From: Dimorphilus gyrociliatus
Taxonomy: Eukaryota > Animalia > Annelida
NCBI GenBank assembly: GCA_904063045.1
Contig: CAJFCJ010000007.1
Location: 1,050,819-1,114,818, forward strand
Reading direction: 5' to 3'
DNA: 64,000 nucleotides
Under the pieces are notes generated by a model, which saw only the letters and a program-made list of their open reading frames with translations, made no database searches and was not told where the DNA came from. Made by a program: the position numbers and the translations under genes. This document shows positions 52,101 through 63,999 of this stretch, in pieces (positions within the stretch are counted from its first letter, which is position 1; each line of letters begins with the position of its first letter).

Positions 52101-55100
52101 CTCTTTAAGTGTATTATATTCATCTGTTTTTTGTGTTATATCTTTTTCAAGACATAATGAACGTTCAGCTATTTTTTTATTTTCTTCAGCAAGCTCATCT
52201 TTTTCTCTTAAATAAATTTCTATTTGACTGCGCAAATCAATTATAGTATTCTCCAAATGGCTTTTGCTATTGTTTGCTTCGCCTTGAATGTTGGAGAGTT
52301 CGAGTTGATTCTTTCCTAATTCTCCTTGTAATTGCTCTAATTGCTCGTTCATTTCTGTAACGTTTTCAAAAAGTGATTTAATTTTTTCGTCCTTCTTTAC
52401 TGAAGAATCTGTTAGATGATCGTGCTCACTACGTAAATGGTTTATCTGTTCAACTAAACGGCCTATTTGTATATCTTTGTCGTTTAGAGTCCTTCTAACC
52501 GACATTACATCCTCTGAGCACGATTTTAACTCCTTTGAACACCTTGTTAAGCTATCATTAGAATCCATTAAACGTTCCTCCTTTTCAGTTAAAGCTGCCT
52601 TTAATGAGTTTACAGTTTCTTCATAGGAATCTATATCTCTCTTGAGGGTTTCTTTCACATCATTCATTTCTAAATTTGCCGTTTTTAATTGATCTTCTAA
52701 TTGATTTATCAAAACTTTTGAAGTTTCACTATCTGTTTTATATTTGGTCAATTCTTCAGTCTTGATTTGCAATTCTTGTATAAATTTATCCCGCTCTTCC
52801 GTAAATTGATCCTTATCGTTGGCACTAGTAGCTAGTTCATCATCTTTAGCAGATAATCTTTCAGTTAATTTTTCACATTGATCGTTTAATTTCAATATTT
52901 GGTTATCCTTTTCATCCCTCAGTTCATTAATTTTAATTTCCAATTCCTGTATTGTAGTAGAATGGTCTTGAATATCCTTGTCATATTGATTACGATTATC
53001 AACAGCACTCTTTTCGAATTCAATTAACTTATTTTCAGATTCTTCTAACTTTTTAATTAATTCATTATTATTCTTTTCTAATTTTGCAATATGTATAGAT
53101 ATCTGTTCAGTTTCTTCATTTTTTCGACTATTCATTTCATATGTTTCATCCAATTTCTTAGTTTGATCTAAACGACATAAGAATTACATAGAGAGTACTT
53201 TATTTAAATAAACAGCCTAATAGTGAAAAATAAAAAAATAGAAAACAAGTCTAAATATACCTAATAATGAGCTCTCCATTTCAATTATACGGGCCTGTAG
53301 TTGACTGTTAACATTTCTCAACTCGTTAGATTTCTTAATTTCTTCATCTCTATTTAATATTGCTGTTTCCTTTAAAAGACAGTATATTAATTATATACAT
53401 TGTTTAATTAAAATATTAAATATATATATATAGATATATTGTATATACCATTTGTTTTTCAATTTCAGAAATAGACTCTTTTTGATTTTCAATAAATTCT
53501 TCCAATGATACAATTTTATTTATTTTTTCTTCAATATTCTCTTTTAATTCATCAGTTAATTTTAAATGTTCCTGATCAGTTTCAGCACCTTGAGATTTAC
53601 TACTTTCTTCGAGATCTTTCAATAGTGAATCTATAAAAATATTAAAAAACCTTTATTCTTTCTCATTTCATTTTTACTATTACCAAGCGAAGGTTTCACT
53701 AATTAGTATAATTAATAAGTTAATACTTCATATCAAAATATGACATAGGTTAGTTAAAAGGTTTGTTAAGCTAATAAAACATGCATATAACCTCTTTGTA
53801 AAACTACTTCATCGTAATTTATCAATTTCAATTGAAGTGCACCTTTTTCCTCCTCTAATTCAGCAATACGATTCTGCAAATCTTCTATATTTAATGATTC
53901 TAAAGCTTGCTCCTTCTCCAATAATTTTGCTTCTAAAACTTTTATCTTCTTTGTAGCTTGAGCTTTAAATTTCATAGCTTTTGTATCTTGTTTACCCGTA
54001 CTTTCAGCCAATTGTTTTTTCAAGTTCATTATTTCTTTATCATAGTCTATATACTTAGTTTCGGATTCTAAAACTCCCTAAAAATATTTTAAAATTTAAT
54101 TAAATACTTAAAAAATATTAATATTCATGAAAACAAGATTAATTAACCTGTTGAATTTGTGAATTTAAATTTTCAACTGTTTCGTTTAAGTCCTTAAGTT
54201 TTTGTTCGTAACTGAAGCTTAATTCACCAATTTTATTACTTAAATCTGTCTTTTCGTCTTGTAAAATATTTAAATTAGTGTCATTTTCTCTTATAATTAA
54301 TCGAAGTTGATCTATTTCGAGTGTTTTGTTATTCAATAACATATTACTATCGTCTACTCTGCTTTGAAGCGATTTTATAACCTGACCTTCCAAGTCTATA
54401 CTCTGAGATGAACATAATTCTGATATAACTTTTTCATGACGCTCCATTACATTTTTTAGATCAGTTTCCCTTTTTTCAATTTCTACTTGACGAGCTTTTA
54501 ACGTTTCTCTTAAAGTTTCAACTTCACTATCTTTCTCACTAATTAACGATCTCAAAGTGTCTTCAGATAATCCGCTATTTTTTTGTAAGAGTTTTATTGC
54601 TTCAGTACGACTCCAAATTACTTGATTCTTTTCAGTGACTAGTTCTTGTAAATCCAGAATCCTTCTTTCGTTTTCTTCTATTTTATCACTCAATTCAATT
54701 ATTCTTTGGTCCTTATTCGCTGCTTGAGCGACTATATCGTCAACTTGAGCCATATCTACTTGTCCAGAAGCTCGCGCTGCAGCTATTTCATCATATTTAT
54801 CTGACATTTCTTTCAAGATATTATCCTTCTTTTTCAACATATCTTCAGTCTTTTTAAGAGCTTTTCGAAGTTTGTCAACTTCATGTTTATACATTTTTAT
54901 CTTGGCCCTGGTTGCCTGCTCATTCGAGGTAGATTGAATGCTTGATGCTTCGGACATGCAGCTCTCATCAGACATCACAGATGCCTAAATGATTTAATCT
55001 ATACTTTAGATGTAATAATCATGAATCTTAGATAGCTCACCGTTTCCAAGGAATCTAAAGGGTGGCGTCTAGACTCTTCCAACTGTGCATTGAGTCCAGC

Positions 55101-55428
55101 AATCTTGGATTTGGTTTGGAGTTTATGTTTTGAAAAAGCAGCATTTAACTCTTTAAATTCTCTTTCTTTCTTCTGGTAAATTTCATCTTTTTCTCGAATC
55201 ATATCCTTTAACTGAGAAACGAGTTTTTTCTGCTCTCCATATTGAGATTTTAGATCTGCAGCTTCAATTTCTGCCTGAAGAGATATAAAAAAGTTATAAA
55301 ATCAAAATTCTTCCACATAGGGTAACGCTTACTTCCTCATCAGGGTTAGCAGCTGAGGGTTCTTCTACAAGCATTTCTCCAAGTTTTTCTTGGACTTTCT
55401 GAGTTACACCTGTGAATTGTTTCCACAT
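46193..55428 (-). CDS. GOLGB1: Giantin/GOLGB1-like tail-anchored golgin, about 2,800 aa, 10 exons including a 6,221-nt exon
   Basis: Exons 55428-55333, 55274-55041, 54984-54148, 54077-53792, 53630-53449, 53369-53261, 53167-46947, ~46883-46598, ~46532-46427, ~46350-46193. Nearly continuous coiled coil with KHKLQTKSKIAGL-type motifs. The C-terminus GWRRLL...VSIVIYLLLLHIYALMGCSF* is a TM anchor with the Y-x4-H signature of giantin/CASP/golgin-84. Size favours giantin. Confidence 0.75.
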
Positions 55429-55668
55429 CTCTCTAATCTTTCTCTCCTGTATTTAATCTTGGATGCCAATCAAATTTATTCAAAACGGTAAATCAACTAA
55501 AAGAAGAGAAAAGACACGTTTCATCAAATTGCTAGAAGCGCCATCTTTGTTATTGAAGAAAACTGGTAGAGTAACGGAACGCGAAACCACATTAAGTTCT
55601 AGTTAGCGATCCTTCAAACAGCTTCAAACCTTTGAACTGACTCCTTTTCAGTGTAAAAGACATTCAAA

Positions 55669-57481
55669 ATGGCCAATCGAGACAATGCATCCGATCAACT
55701 AAATGAATATAGAAAGAACCGCGCTGTAAGTACTTTATAAAAAGTTAAACTTTACACGTTTGCAACAAAATTTTTTCCCCGGGTTGAAAATACTTTTCTC
55801 ATCCATCCAGGGCAGACAAACCGATGTCCTCACAACATCTACTGGTCAGCCGATTGGAGACAAGATGAACTCCATGACAGCTGGACCAAGGGGACCAATG
55901 CTCTTGAAAGATTTTGTTTACACCGATGAGATGGCACACTTCAATCAAGAACGTATTCCCGAGAGAGTAGTTCACGCAAAAGGAGCGGGTTAGTAAAGAT
56001 AAACAAAAGATAGACAATATATATATATATAACTTGTAAATTTATTCGTCTTTTTGCCCTAAATGTCAAATTTAAAGTCTTACGTGATTCTTATGTCTTT
56101 GTCCTATATTATAACAGGTGCTTTTGGTTACTTTGAAGTAACTCATGATATTACTCGTTACACAAAGGCTAAAATGTTTGAAAGCATCGGTAAGAGAACT
56201 CCTCTTTTCATCCGATTTTCTACCGTCGGAGGTGAGGCTGGATCAGCGGATACTGCTAGAGATCCCAGAGGATTCGCAGTTAAATTCTACACCGAAGAAG
56301 GCAACTGGGATTTGACTGGAAACAACACCCCAATCTTTTTCATCCGGGATCCAATGTTCTTTCCATCTTTCATCCATACCCAAAAACGAAATCCCAAAAC
56401 TCACTTGAAGGATCCAGATATGTTCTGGGACTTTATTTCTCTTAGACCAGAAACTACTCACCAAGTGAGCTTTCTATTCTCAGACAGAGGAACACCTGAT
56501 GGATTTAGATATATGGATGGATTTGGAAGTCATACTTTTAAAATGGTTAACGCCCAAAACGAGGCAGTGTACGTCAAGTTTCATTATAAAACTGATCAAG
56601 GTATCAGGAACCTTTCGGCTCAAAGGGCAGCAGAATTGGCCGGAAGCGACCCAGATTATGCCACCCGGGATTTGTACAATGCCATAGCACGAAATGATTT
56701 CCCGTCTTGGACCCTTAATATACAAGTAATGACCTTCGAACAGGCTGAAAACTGGAGGTTTAATCCTTTCGATTTGACCAAAGTTTGGCCACATGAAGAA
56801 TTCCCTCTTATACCAGTTGGTAGAATAGTCTTAAACAGAAATCCTGTAAACTACTTTGCTGAGGTTGAACAAGCAGCTTTCTGTCCAGCACACATGGTTC
56901 CCGGAATTGAACCCTCTCCAGATAAAATGTTGATGGGTAGAATTTTCAGCTATCCAGACACCCACCGTCATCGATTGGGTACCAACTACTTGCATATACC
57001 TGTTAATTGCCCATACAATTCTAAGGTTAAGAATTACCAACGAGATGGTTTTATGGTGACAACTGACAATCAAGGAGATGCTCCAAACTATTATCCGAAT
57101 AGTTTTGGAGGACCTGAACAAGATAATAAATTTTTGGAACATCGCTACAACGTGAGCGCCGACGTTACAAGATACAATTCATCAGATGAAGATAATTTCA
57201 CCCAAACTGGTATTTTCTGGAGACAAGTTTTAAATCCGCAAGAAAGAACGAATTTAGTTGAAAACATTGCCGGTCATCTGAAGGACGCCCAACCAGCTAT
57301 TCAGCAGGTACTTTGTATTCACAATACTTTTTCAAGACCTATAAACTTATTCACTTTTTTTAAATTTTAATAGAGAGCCGTTGCTAACTTCTCCTCTGCT
57401 GACCCTGAATATGGAAGAAGAATCCAAGAACTCCTAGATTCTTACAAAGCAAAGTCTGGAAAAGCCGATCCTAAACTTTGA
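55669..57481 (+). CDS. CAT: Monofunctional heme catalase, 4 exons
   Basis: Exons 55669-55725, 55811-55988, 56118-57307, 57374-57481. [40 protein letters not shown] and [15 protein letters not shown]; ends KADPKL*. Confidence 0.97.
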
Positions 57482-57783
57482 AATTATCAAACTAGAAAAA
57501 ATAAGTCATCCTAACCAAATATATAGAAAAGATAAAAAGAAAACAAAGCTGATTTCGCCATATAAATAATAATAATAGCTTGATTAGCAATCAGTTTTTG
57601 GAATAAAATAAAATGATTCTGACGACATCTTAATAATATTATTAGTCTTTTATTTATAGTCATATCAGACAAAAAATTTCACGTATACACTGTCTACAGT
57701 ATATCTTTCATAGATAAGAATATGGCCTTTATTGAATAAAAAGACATAACATAACAGATATGTTTTATGTCTTTTTTTATCAT

Positions 57784-60018
57784 TTAAATATCTGATCTTA
57801 CCATTTTAAAAATGTCCACACTTGTTAAATCTTTCTCTGCCGTTTCAGGTGTATCAGGGCCTAACTGAACAACAGCCATTAGATTATCGCCATCACTTTG
57901 TAAGCAAAAGCATTTCGGTTGTCGTAAGCATTTTCCGGAGACAACAATTGTCTGAATTTCACTCTTGTGAGGTCTTAGTGCTTTAATACTGCTATTAATT
58001 GAATCTGTTATGTAAAATAAGCCATTTCGATCGGACGATATTCCTGACACCGATTGAAAAATTCCAGTAGATTCTGACGTAGAAATTCTACACAGGAATG
58101 ATATTTTTGTAACGTCAAGTGTGTATATAGCAATGACATCATTTTCGCTATCTGCTATATAAAGTGTATTTGTAGTTGTTGTAATATACTGTGGTACTGG
58201 GACATGATTTTCGCTGACGTCACCTTTCATGATAATATCGCCATTACTTTCTTTGTGACCCGTCAACTTTCTTTTTCCTTGGTCGCAAACGAATAGTAAG
58301 TTTCTTGTGGGATGTCTACAAATAGCAATTGGTAACTCGAAGTCTTTGTATCTCCAATTTGACTTCAACTGTCCCTTTATATCAATAACCTTAATACTAC
58401 TTGAACCGCAATCAGTTATTGCCAGACTTCTGAATGAAGTAACAACTATATCAGTAGGCTGTTCGAGAGTATCATCAGATCCTGCTTCAAAATTTAAGAT
58501 CCCTCTTCTATCAAAGAATAAAAGCTTGTATTTTCTTCCACTACATAAAAGTACCAAATCGTTTCCGGGTAAAAAAACCAAACCCATAACGTTCAATTTT
58601 CCAGTGCTTAGAGTTGATCTCTCACCTGACTCGCTTTCAGTCGAAGTTGTATTTTGGGAGAGGGGAAGTTTTAAAGAGTGGCTGTATAAGATCTTGGAAC
58701 TTGGAACAGCCTCTCTTGGTGTTAGTATTGTTGCTTTTGAATCCATATTTATCTTCATCTGAAAGTAATAATTAACGTTTTAATAAGGCTTTATTAATAG
58801 AAGACAAGTTATACTTTGAAGACGGATCCTAAGGAATCTCTACTAGGAATAGGGCAGGGTATAAATTTTACTTCTTCATCTAATTTCTGTTTGAAATTCG
58901 TTAAATCAGGAATTTCTATTGACAGTGCAGATTTCAGAGATTTTTCCATATCAGAATGTGCGATCACTTGGGTTGCTGGGGATGTGTCTGAAGATAATAA
59001 TTCTTTGGCTAACCTGCGTTCAGTTTCCAAATCAGAACAAGCTTTCTCAAGTTTTCTCTTTTCAAGAGAAACACTTGTTATGTCGAATAAATTTTCAATT
59101 TGGTGAATTAGATCATGTTCTTGTTCTTGTATAGCTCTTCTTCTTCGTACACTTTCTGTCTTAACATGGCTAACAGCACATTCTTTCATATACTTTAATT
59201 CTCTTTCAATTTGAGATAGTTCATGTTTTTTATCAGATAATTCAACTGCATTTCCATCACTTTGAGTTAACAATTTCTGCAATTCAGCTGTTATCGTTGA
59301 AGCAACAGTGACCAATTCCTCGACATCATGTTCATTATGATTTAATGTAATACAGGCAATACAGACGCATTGTTTGCATGTCGAGCAGTAGTAGTTCATC
59401 AAATGCTGCCTATGAAAAGGACAGTAGTTACCTCTTTGAGAAGCTGTCAGTAGATTATGGGAGGCAGTTACTTTTTGTGCTTTATGAGAATTCGAACAAC
59501 TTTCACAAAGATCAATTTTGCACTGAACGCAAGTCAAAACAGCCTTTGCTATATTTGAGAAAAAGCAATAAAAAAAATGTCATTAGTTTGACGGATCAAC
59601 TTATATCCTCTGAGTTTATTATTTAAAAAAACAATTAAGGTGAGTATTTACCTCCCTCCGTACAAATTGAACATGATAAATTCATAGCTAAAGAGCTTCT
59701 CCTATCTCCGTCATTTCTTAACAAATCGTCCAAAGTTGTTATGAAAAAACTGTCTGGAAAGAAGCTTACGCCATCTCTAGGATATATAGTTATTTTTCGG
59801 CAAATTGGACAGGGGAACCTTCGTGCTGCTTCGTAATTTTTTAGAAAAGTTCTTAGACATTCACAACAAAAAGTGTGAAGACAAGGTAGAGATTTTGGAC
59901 TTTTTAAAGAACCAAGACAAATCTTACATATAATCAACTCCTTTATAGAATGACGCAGACCAAATGAAGAATTAAGAGTATCATCCATGTGAAAGCCTGA
60001 TGGCATTTCATCCGACAT
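57784..60018 (-). CDS. TRIM-NHL-like E3 ligase (RING, B-box1, B-box2, coiled coil, NHL-like propeller), 3 exons
   Basis: Exons 60018-59652, 59548-58815, 58758-57784. RING CKICLGSLKSPKSLPCLHTFCCECL...CPICR; B-box1 CSIC...CVQCKIDLCESCSNSH; B-box2 CPFH...YCSTCKQCVCIACITLNHNEH; NHL-like repeats (PTDIVV..LAITD, PQYI..LYIADSEN, GISSDRNGLFYITD). Confidence 0.85.
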
Positions 60019-60507
60019 TTTTCATCGAGCTAAACTGAGGTAAACAAATATCCGTAGGACTGAAGTTATCACACAGCTCTAATCATACAATATTATATAC
60101 ACGTTTGAACTTGTTTGCTATTGATCGATTACGAAACTCTCTACCTGTCCGATACAAATCCTTTAACAAATGCTGAATCTTTTCTTCCCTGTCTTGTAAC
60201 CCTATTTTTTATACTCTCTTGGACAGATCACTTAGCATGTCTCACCTGGTGACTTACTAATTTAATACAATGAATAATAAAGAAAAAAGTTGTATTATTC
60301 ATATAACAAAGAAGACAATAAAGGAAGGGATTGAGAAGGTCACAAGGATTATTTATAATAATTGAAAGATACTACTAGAGTATATCTAAGTTTACTTCAT
60401 AAACAGTTAAATGTTGAACGTTACTCTATTTATTTATATCATACATAAGTGAAAAGCTTGTGAATTCACTTTAAAATATTTGCAACCTCATTGCTGCAAT
60501 TTTAATT

Positions 60508-61545
60508 TTACATTGATTGTCTCATGTAATTGACTTTCATAGCCACTTTTTGCTCAGAGGCATCGAATTGGCACATAAACATTCTCTTCTCAGTACATGT
60601 TTCTGATTTCCAACCATCAGAGCTCATGGACATACAGTTACCATCTTCTGCAGCTGGTTCATTTCCGCCAATCCAATTGGTGTAAGAAAGAGAATCAAAT
60701 TCAGCACTAATCCATCCCCACTTTTCATCTTTAGCTATTCCATTTATCCAGAAACTTTCATTCTTTAGATCAGTTTTGGCTTAAAAAGAAAGTGAAAAAA
60801 AACTGTAAAATGATTGCAGTAGAACAAATTGGTTTTTAACTTACATGTTAGAATCCACATAAATTGATAATTATATGCCTTGGAAGATGGAGTTAAAAGA
60901 TAACCTCCGTATGCTTGGCAATAATTGATAGCTTCGGCAAAGGTAGTTTTAACATTTGAAGATTTAACGCAAAAAAGGGAACTGTTTTCAATATCTCGAA
61001 GATAATTCTCGCAAAGACCTAAGATTTTATAATTAAGATATAATTCTTAAATACTAATAATTAAAAATATTAACCCATAGTATTAAATAAAGGCCAGTTA
61101 CTCTGAACTGCCATCTTTCTGTTCTGGCGGTTATTTCTATCTCTTTTATTCTTGTTGTTCCTATTTTTATATTTGTTTTTTTTGCCGTTTTTATTCTTTT
61201 TCTTGTTTTTATTTCTCATTCTTTTGTTGTTTGAGCCTAGAATATCGTGAATACTTCATTAAATAATAAAAATTTAAGTAAATTTCTACAAACCGCCATT
61301 CGGTCTACTACGTCCAACTAATTGGAAAGAAAGTGAAAGTTTGAATTACATTTAAGGAATTTTTTATTAAATATTATTTAATTACTCGTTTTTCTTGTTG
61401 GCATATCATCATTAGCTACAGACACATCAAAACCACCACCATCATCATCATCATCATCATAACCATTTCCAAAATTGTTTCCTATCGCGAATCCATCGAC
61501 GACGTATATCGTTAAAAAGACCAAAAATATCAATGCAACTTTCAT
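60508..61545 (-). CDS. Secreted C-type lectin domain protein (~246 aa) with an acidic block and a Lys/Asn/Arg-rich block, 4 exons
   Basis: Exons 61545-61386, 61236-61102, 61018-60845, 60779-60508 are all phase-compatible. Signal peptide MKVALIFLVFLTIYVVDG; CTLD LC...FCV...TFAEAINYCQAYGGYL...FWING...YTNW...EP....C....GW....C....FMC. Confidence 0.85.
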
Positions 61546-62145
61546 ATTTCTTTTTGCGAACAAAACTTACTTAATTAAACTAGTAAGTTTAATGCACACT
61601 AATAGTTTAAACTCGGATTTATAGCAAATCATAACAACGTCATTGTTCGTAATAAGGTATAAGGTGACAATTATTTTTTTCCTAATTAATAAAATCACAT
61701 GATATTTTTTTATATCTAAGCTTTTTTGTCAAAAGAAAATGTTCTTTATTTTTCTTTATTAGACCGTTTCAAAAATCAGAAATTATAGACTCTAGATGGC
61801 ATTGTTAAGCGATTCGTGACATGAGCTGTGACAAGCCAACAACATTAAACAAGAAACACGTTTGTTAAATATTTCTTGTTTACATAGTTGATTTATTGAA
61901 TTCATTAAGTTGTACTTTTAATTATGTAATAACAAGTAATATATTACAATGCTACAAAAGCGTACCAAATGCCCAGGTATTGTACAAATTGAACAAACGA
62001 AAAAGACTCGAAAAGAAAAAAAAGACACATTGTATAGCAGAGCACGGACAAAGACAGAATAAAAAATATTGATGATTTTTAAGTATATAAAACAATAAAA
62101 GAAAAAGTTCTTTTTTTTTATTAACAGTCAAAGAAATATAAAAAC

Positions 62146-63999
62146 TTATTTCTTAGTTTTCTTCTCTTTTTTTACTTTTTTGGATTTTTTATGTTTTCTC
62201 CTCCTTTCTTCCCTATCGACAGCAATTAGGCCTTGATGGTGTAATTGGCGGTGCATTTTATTAGCTTTATTGATATTATTAAAGAATATTTTGTCACTAT
62301 TTGCATTTGGAAGTGGGGGTGCTAAGTCTTTCTCTGATGCTTTTAGCCTTAAGGTTCTTCTAACTGCTGTTGTACTGTCATATGAACTTTGGCTATCACT
62401 ATCCGACGATTTCTTTCTAGGCGTTACTGGAATAAGACTTAAATTTGGGTTTTTACACAAGTCTAGTTTTACAGCACCAGTTCCGCTATATAATGACTTA
62501 TCGACATTTGATGGAGAACTTTGTTGAGCTGATTTCCTTCTTTCAGACTCAAATACCGCTGCTTCTCTGGCGGCAGTAGCACTTCTTGTTGTTCGTCTAG
62601 GAGGTAGCTGATTGCGTCTTCTACTACCATCTCTTAATTTATATGGCTCAGAATTATTCGAAATGGGGCTTTCAAAATTCTCTTCTATATTATTTTCATT
62701 GGGGGGTGTGTCTTTCTTTTTAGGGCTGATTTGAATAGGTTGGATTGGAGACTCAGTTTTTATTTCGAATGGTTCATGATCGTACAGTATTGCAGCAGAT
62801 TCTGTCAAAGGTAGCACTGGTTTTGAAGGCGTTTTAGGGAGAGATTCCACTACTTCTGGCTCTGATTCGGGGGATTGCTTGAGGGCAGCTAGCACATCAT
62901 TAACTTCACAAGGATTCGGAGACGCCAGGGTGAATTGTTCACCCGCCTCCTCTCTTTCCTCTTTTGTATGAGTTGCGAAGTGAGCCTGTAGATCTTCTAA
63001 TGTCCAAAATCGCCTAGAGCACAAATTGCACTTATTCTGAATATGCTTATTGTGAATAAGTAAATGTTCGTGCAGATGGTGGGATCTGGCGAACTTTTTA
63101 TCACAGTGGGGACACTTCAATGCGTCATCCGAATGAATTTTCAAATGATTCTTTAGATCATAACGATGTCGATATTTTTTGCCGCAAACAGCGCATTGAT
63201 AATTTGCTCCTGTTTTATGAGTATCCATGTGACGCTTAAGGGCAGATGGTCTTAGGAACTCTTTGTTGCACTCTGCACAAGTGTATAATTTCTTTGGTTT
63301 AGATTCACGTTTTTTCGTCTCGTCTCCACCTTCTTGATGACGTAACATGTGTTTGTCCAACGAACGATTAGTCTTGAAAATCTTCTTACAAACGGGACAC
63401 GATGGTCGAGGAGTATTACTATGGTCATCCTGAACATGACGTCTAAGTGCCCTTTCATGTTTGTATTTATTTTTACATAATTTGCACGCATATCGCCTGA
63501 CATCTGAATGCGTATCCTCATGCTCCTTTAATTTATTCATGGAGACAAATTTTTTATGACAAACTGAACAAGTAGGAACCTCTTCACCTCTATGTAACTT
63601 AGAGTGAAAAGCAAGCGCCCTCTTCCTTCGAAATCTTTCTCCGCACTCTCCACATTCATAAATAGCTGCCGTATTGTGCACATCCATATGATAGGCCAAT
63701 AAAGACGGACTGGCAAATCTTTTATGGCATACGCTGCACGCATACACAGTTTTACCACCGTGTTCAACATGTTCGTGTGCTCTTAGTGATCTTTCGTGTT
63801 TATATTTCTTACCACACATTACGCAAGCAAATGCCGCTCGTGACGAATGGACGTGCATGTGGACAGCCAGTCGAGAGGCAATTAGAAATATTTTTCCACA
63901 TTTGGGACACCGATGACATCTCTCTCCCGTATGAATTCTTTCGTGCATGCGCATATACATTTTACTTTTGAAACGCTTTCGACAGTGTCTGCACTCAAA
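62146..63999 (-). CDS. Multi-C2H2 zinc-finger protein (at least 12 fingers in window), 5' end outside the window
   Basis: The ORF stays open to the window edge (FECRHCRKRFKSKMYMRMHERIH). Twelve CxxC-x12-H-x3/4-H units are followed by an S/P/E-rich tail and a Lys-rich C-terminus. Confidence 0.92.
   Translation of the reverse strand, partial: FECRHCRKRFKSKMYMRMHERIHTGERCHRCPKCGKIFLIASRLAVHMHVHSSRAAFACVMCGKKYKHERSLRAHEHVEHGGKTVYACSVCHKRFASPSLLAYHMDVHNTAAIYECGECGERFRRKRALAFHSKLHRGEEVPTCSVCHKKFVSMNKLKEHEDTHSDVRRYACKLCKNKYKHERALRRHVQDDHSNTPRPSCPVCKKIFKTNRSLDKHMLRHQEGGDETKKRESKPKKLYTCAECNKEFLRPSALKRHMDTHKTGANYQCAVCGKKYRHRYDLKNHLKIHSDDALKCPHCDKKFARSHHLHEHLLIHNKHIQNKCNLCSRRFWTLEDLQAHFATHTKEEREEAGEQFTLASPNPCEVNDVLAALKQSPESEPEVVESLPKTPSKPVLPLTESAAILYDHEPFEIKTESPIQPIQISPKKKDTPPNENNIEENFESPISNNSEPYKLRDGSRRRNQLPPRRTTRSATAAREAAVFESERRKSAQQSSPSNVDKSLYSGTGAVKLDLCKNPNLSLIPVTPRKKSSDSDSQSSYDSTTAVRRTLRLKASEKDLAPPLPNANSDKIFFNNINKANKMHRQLHHQGLIAVDREERRRKHKKSKKVKKEKKTKK

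Noticed and set aside
58307-59626. + strand ORFs of 71-151 aa
   Set aside because: Antisense shadows of the TRIM-NHL gene.
61108-61118. AAAGATGGCAG as a regulatory motif
   Set aside because: It lies in lectin coding exon 2 (RKMA codons) and lacks the YAG context.
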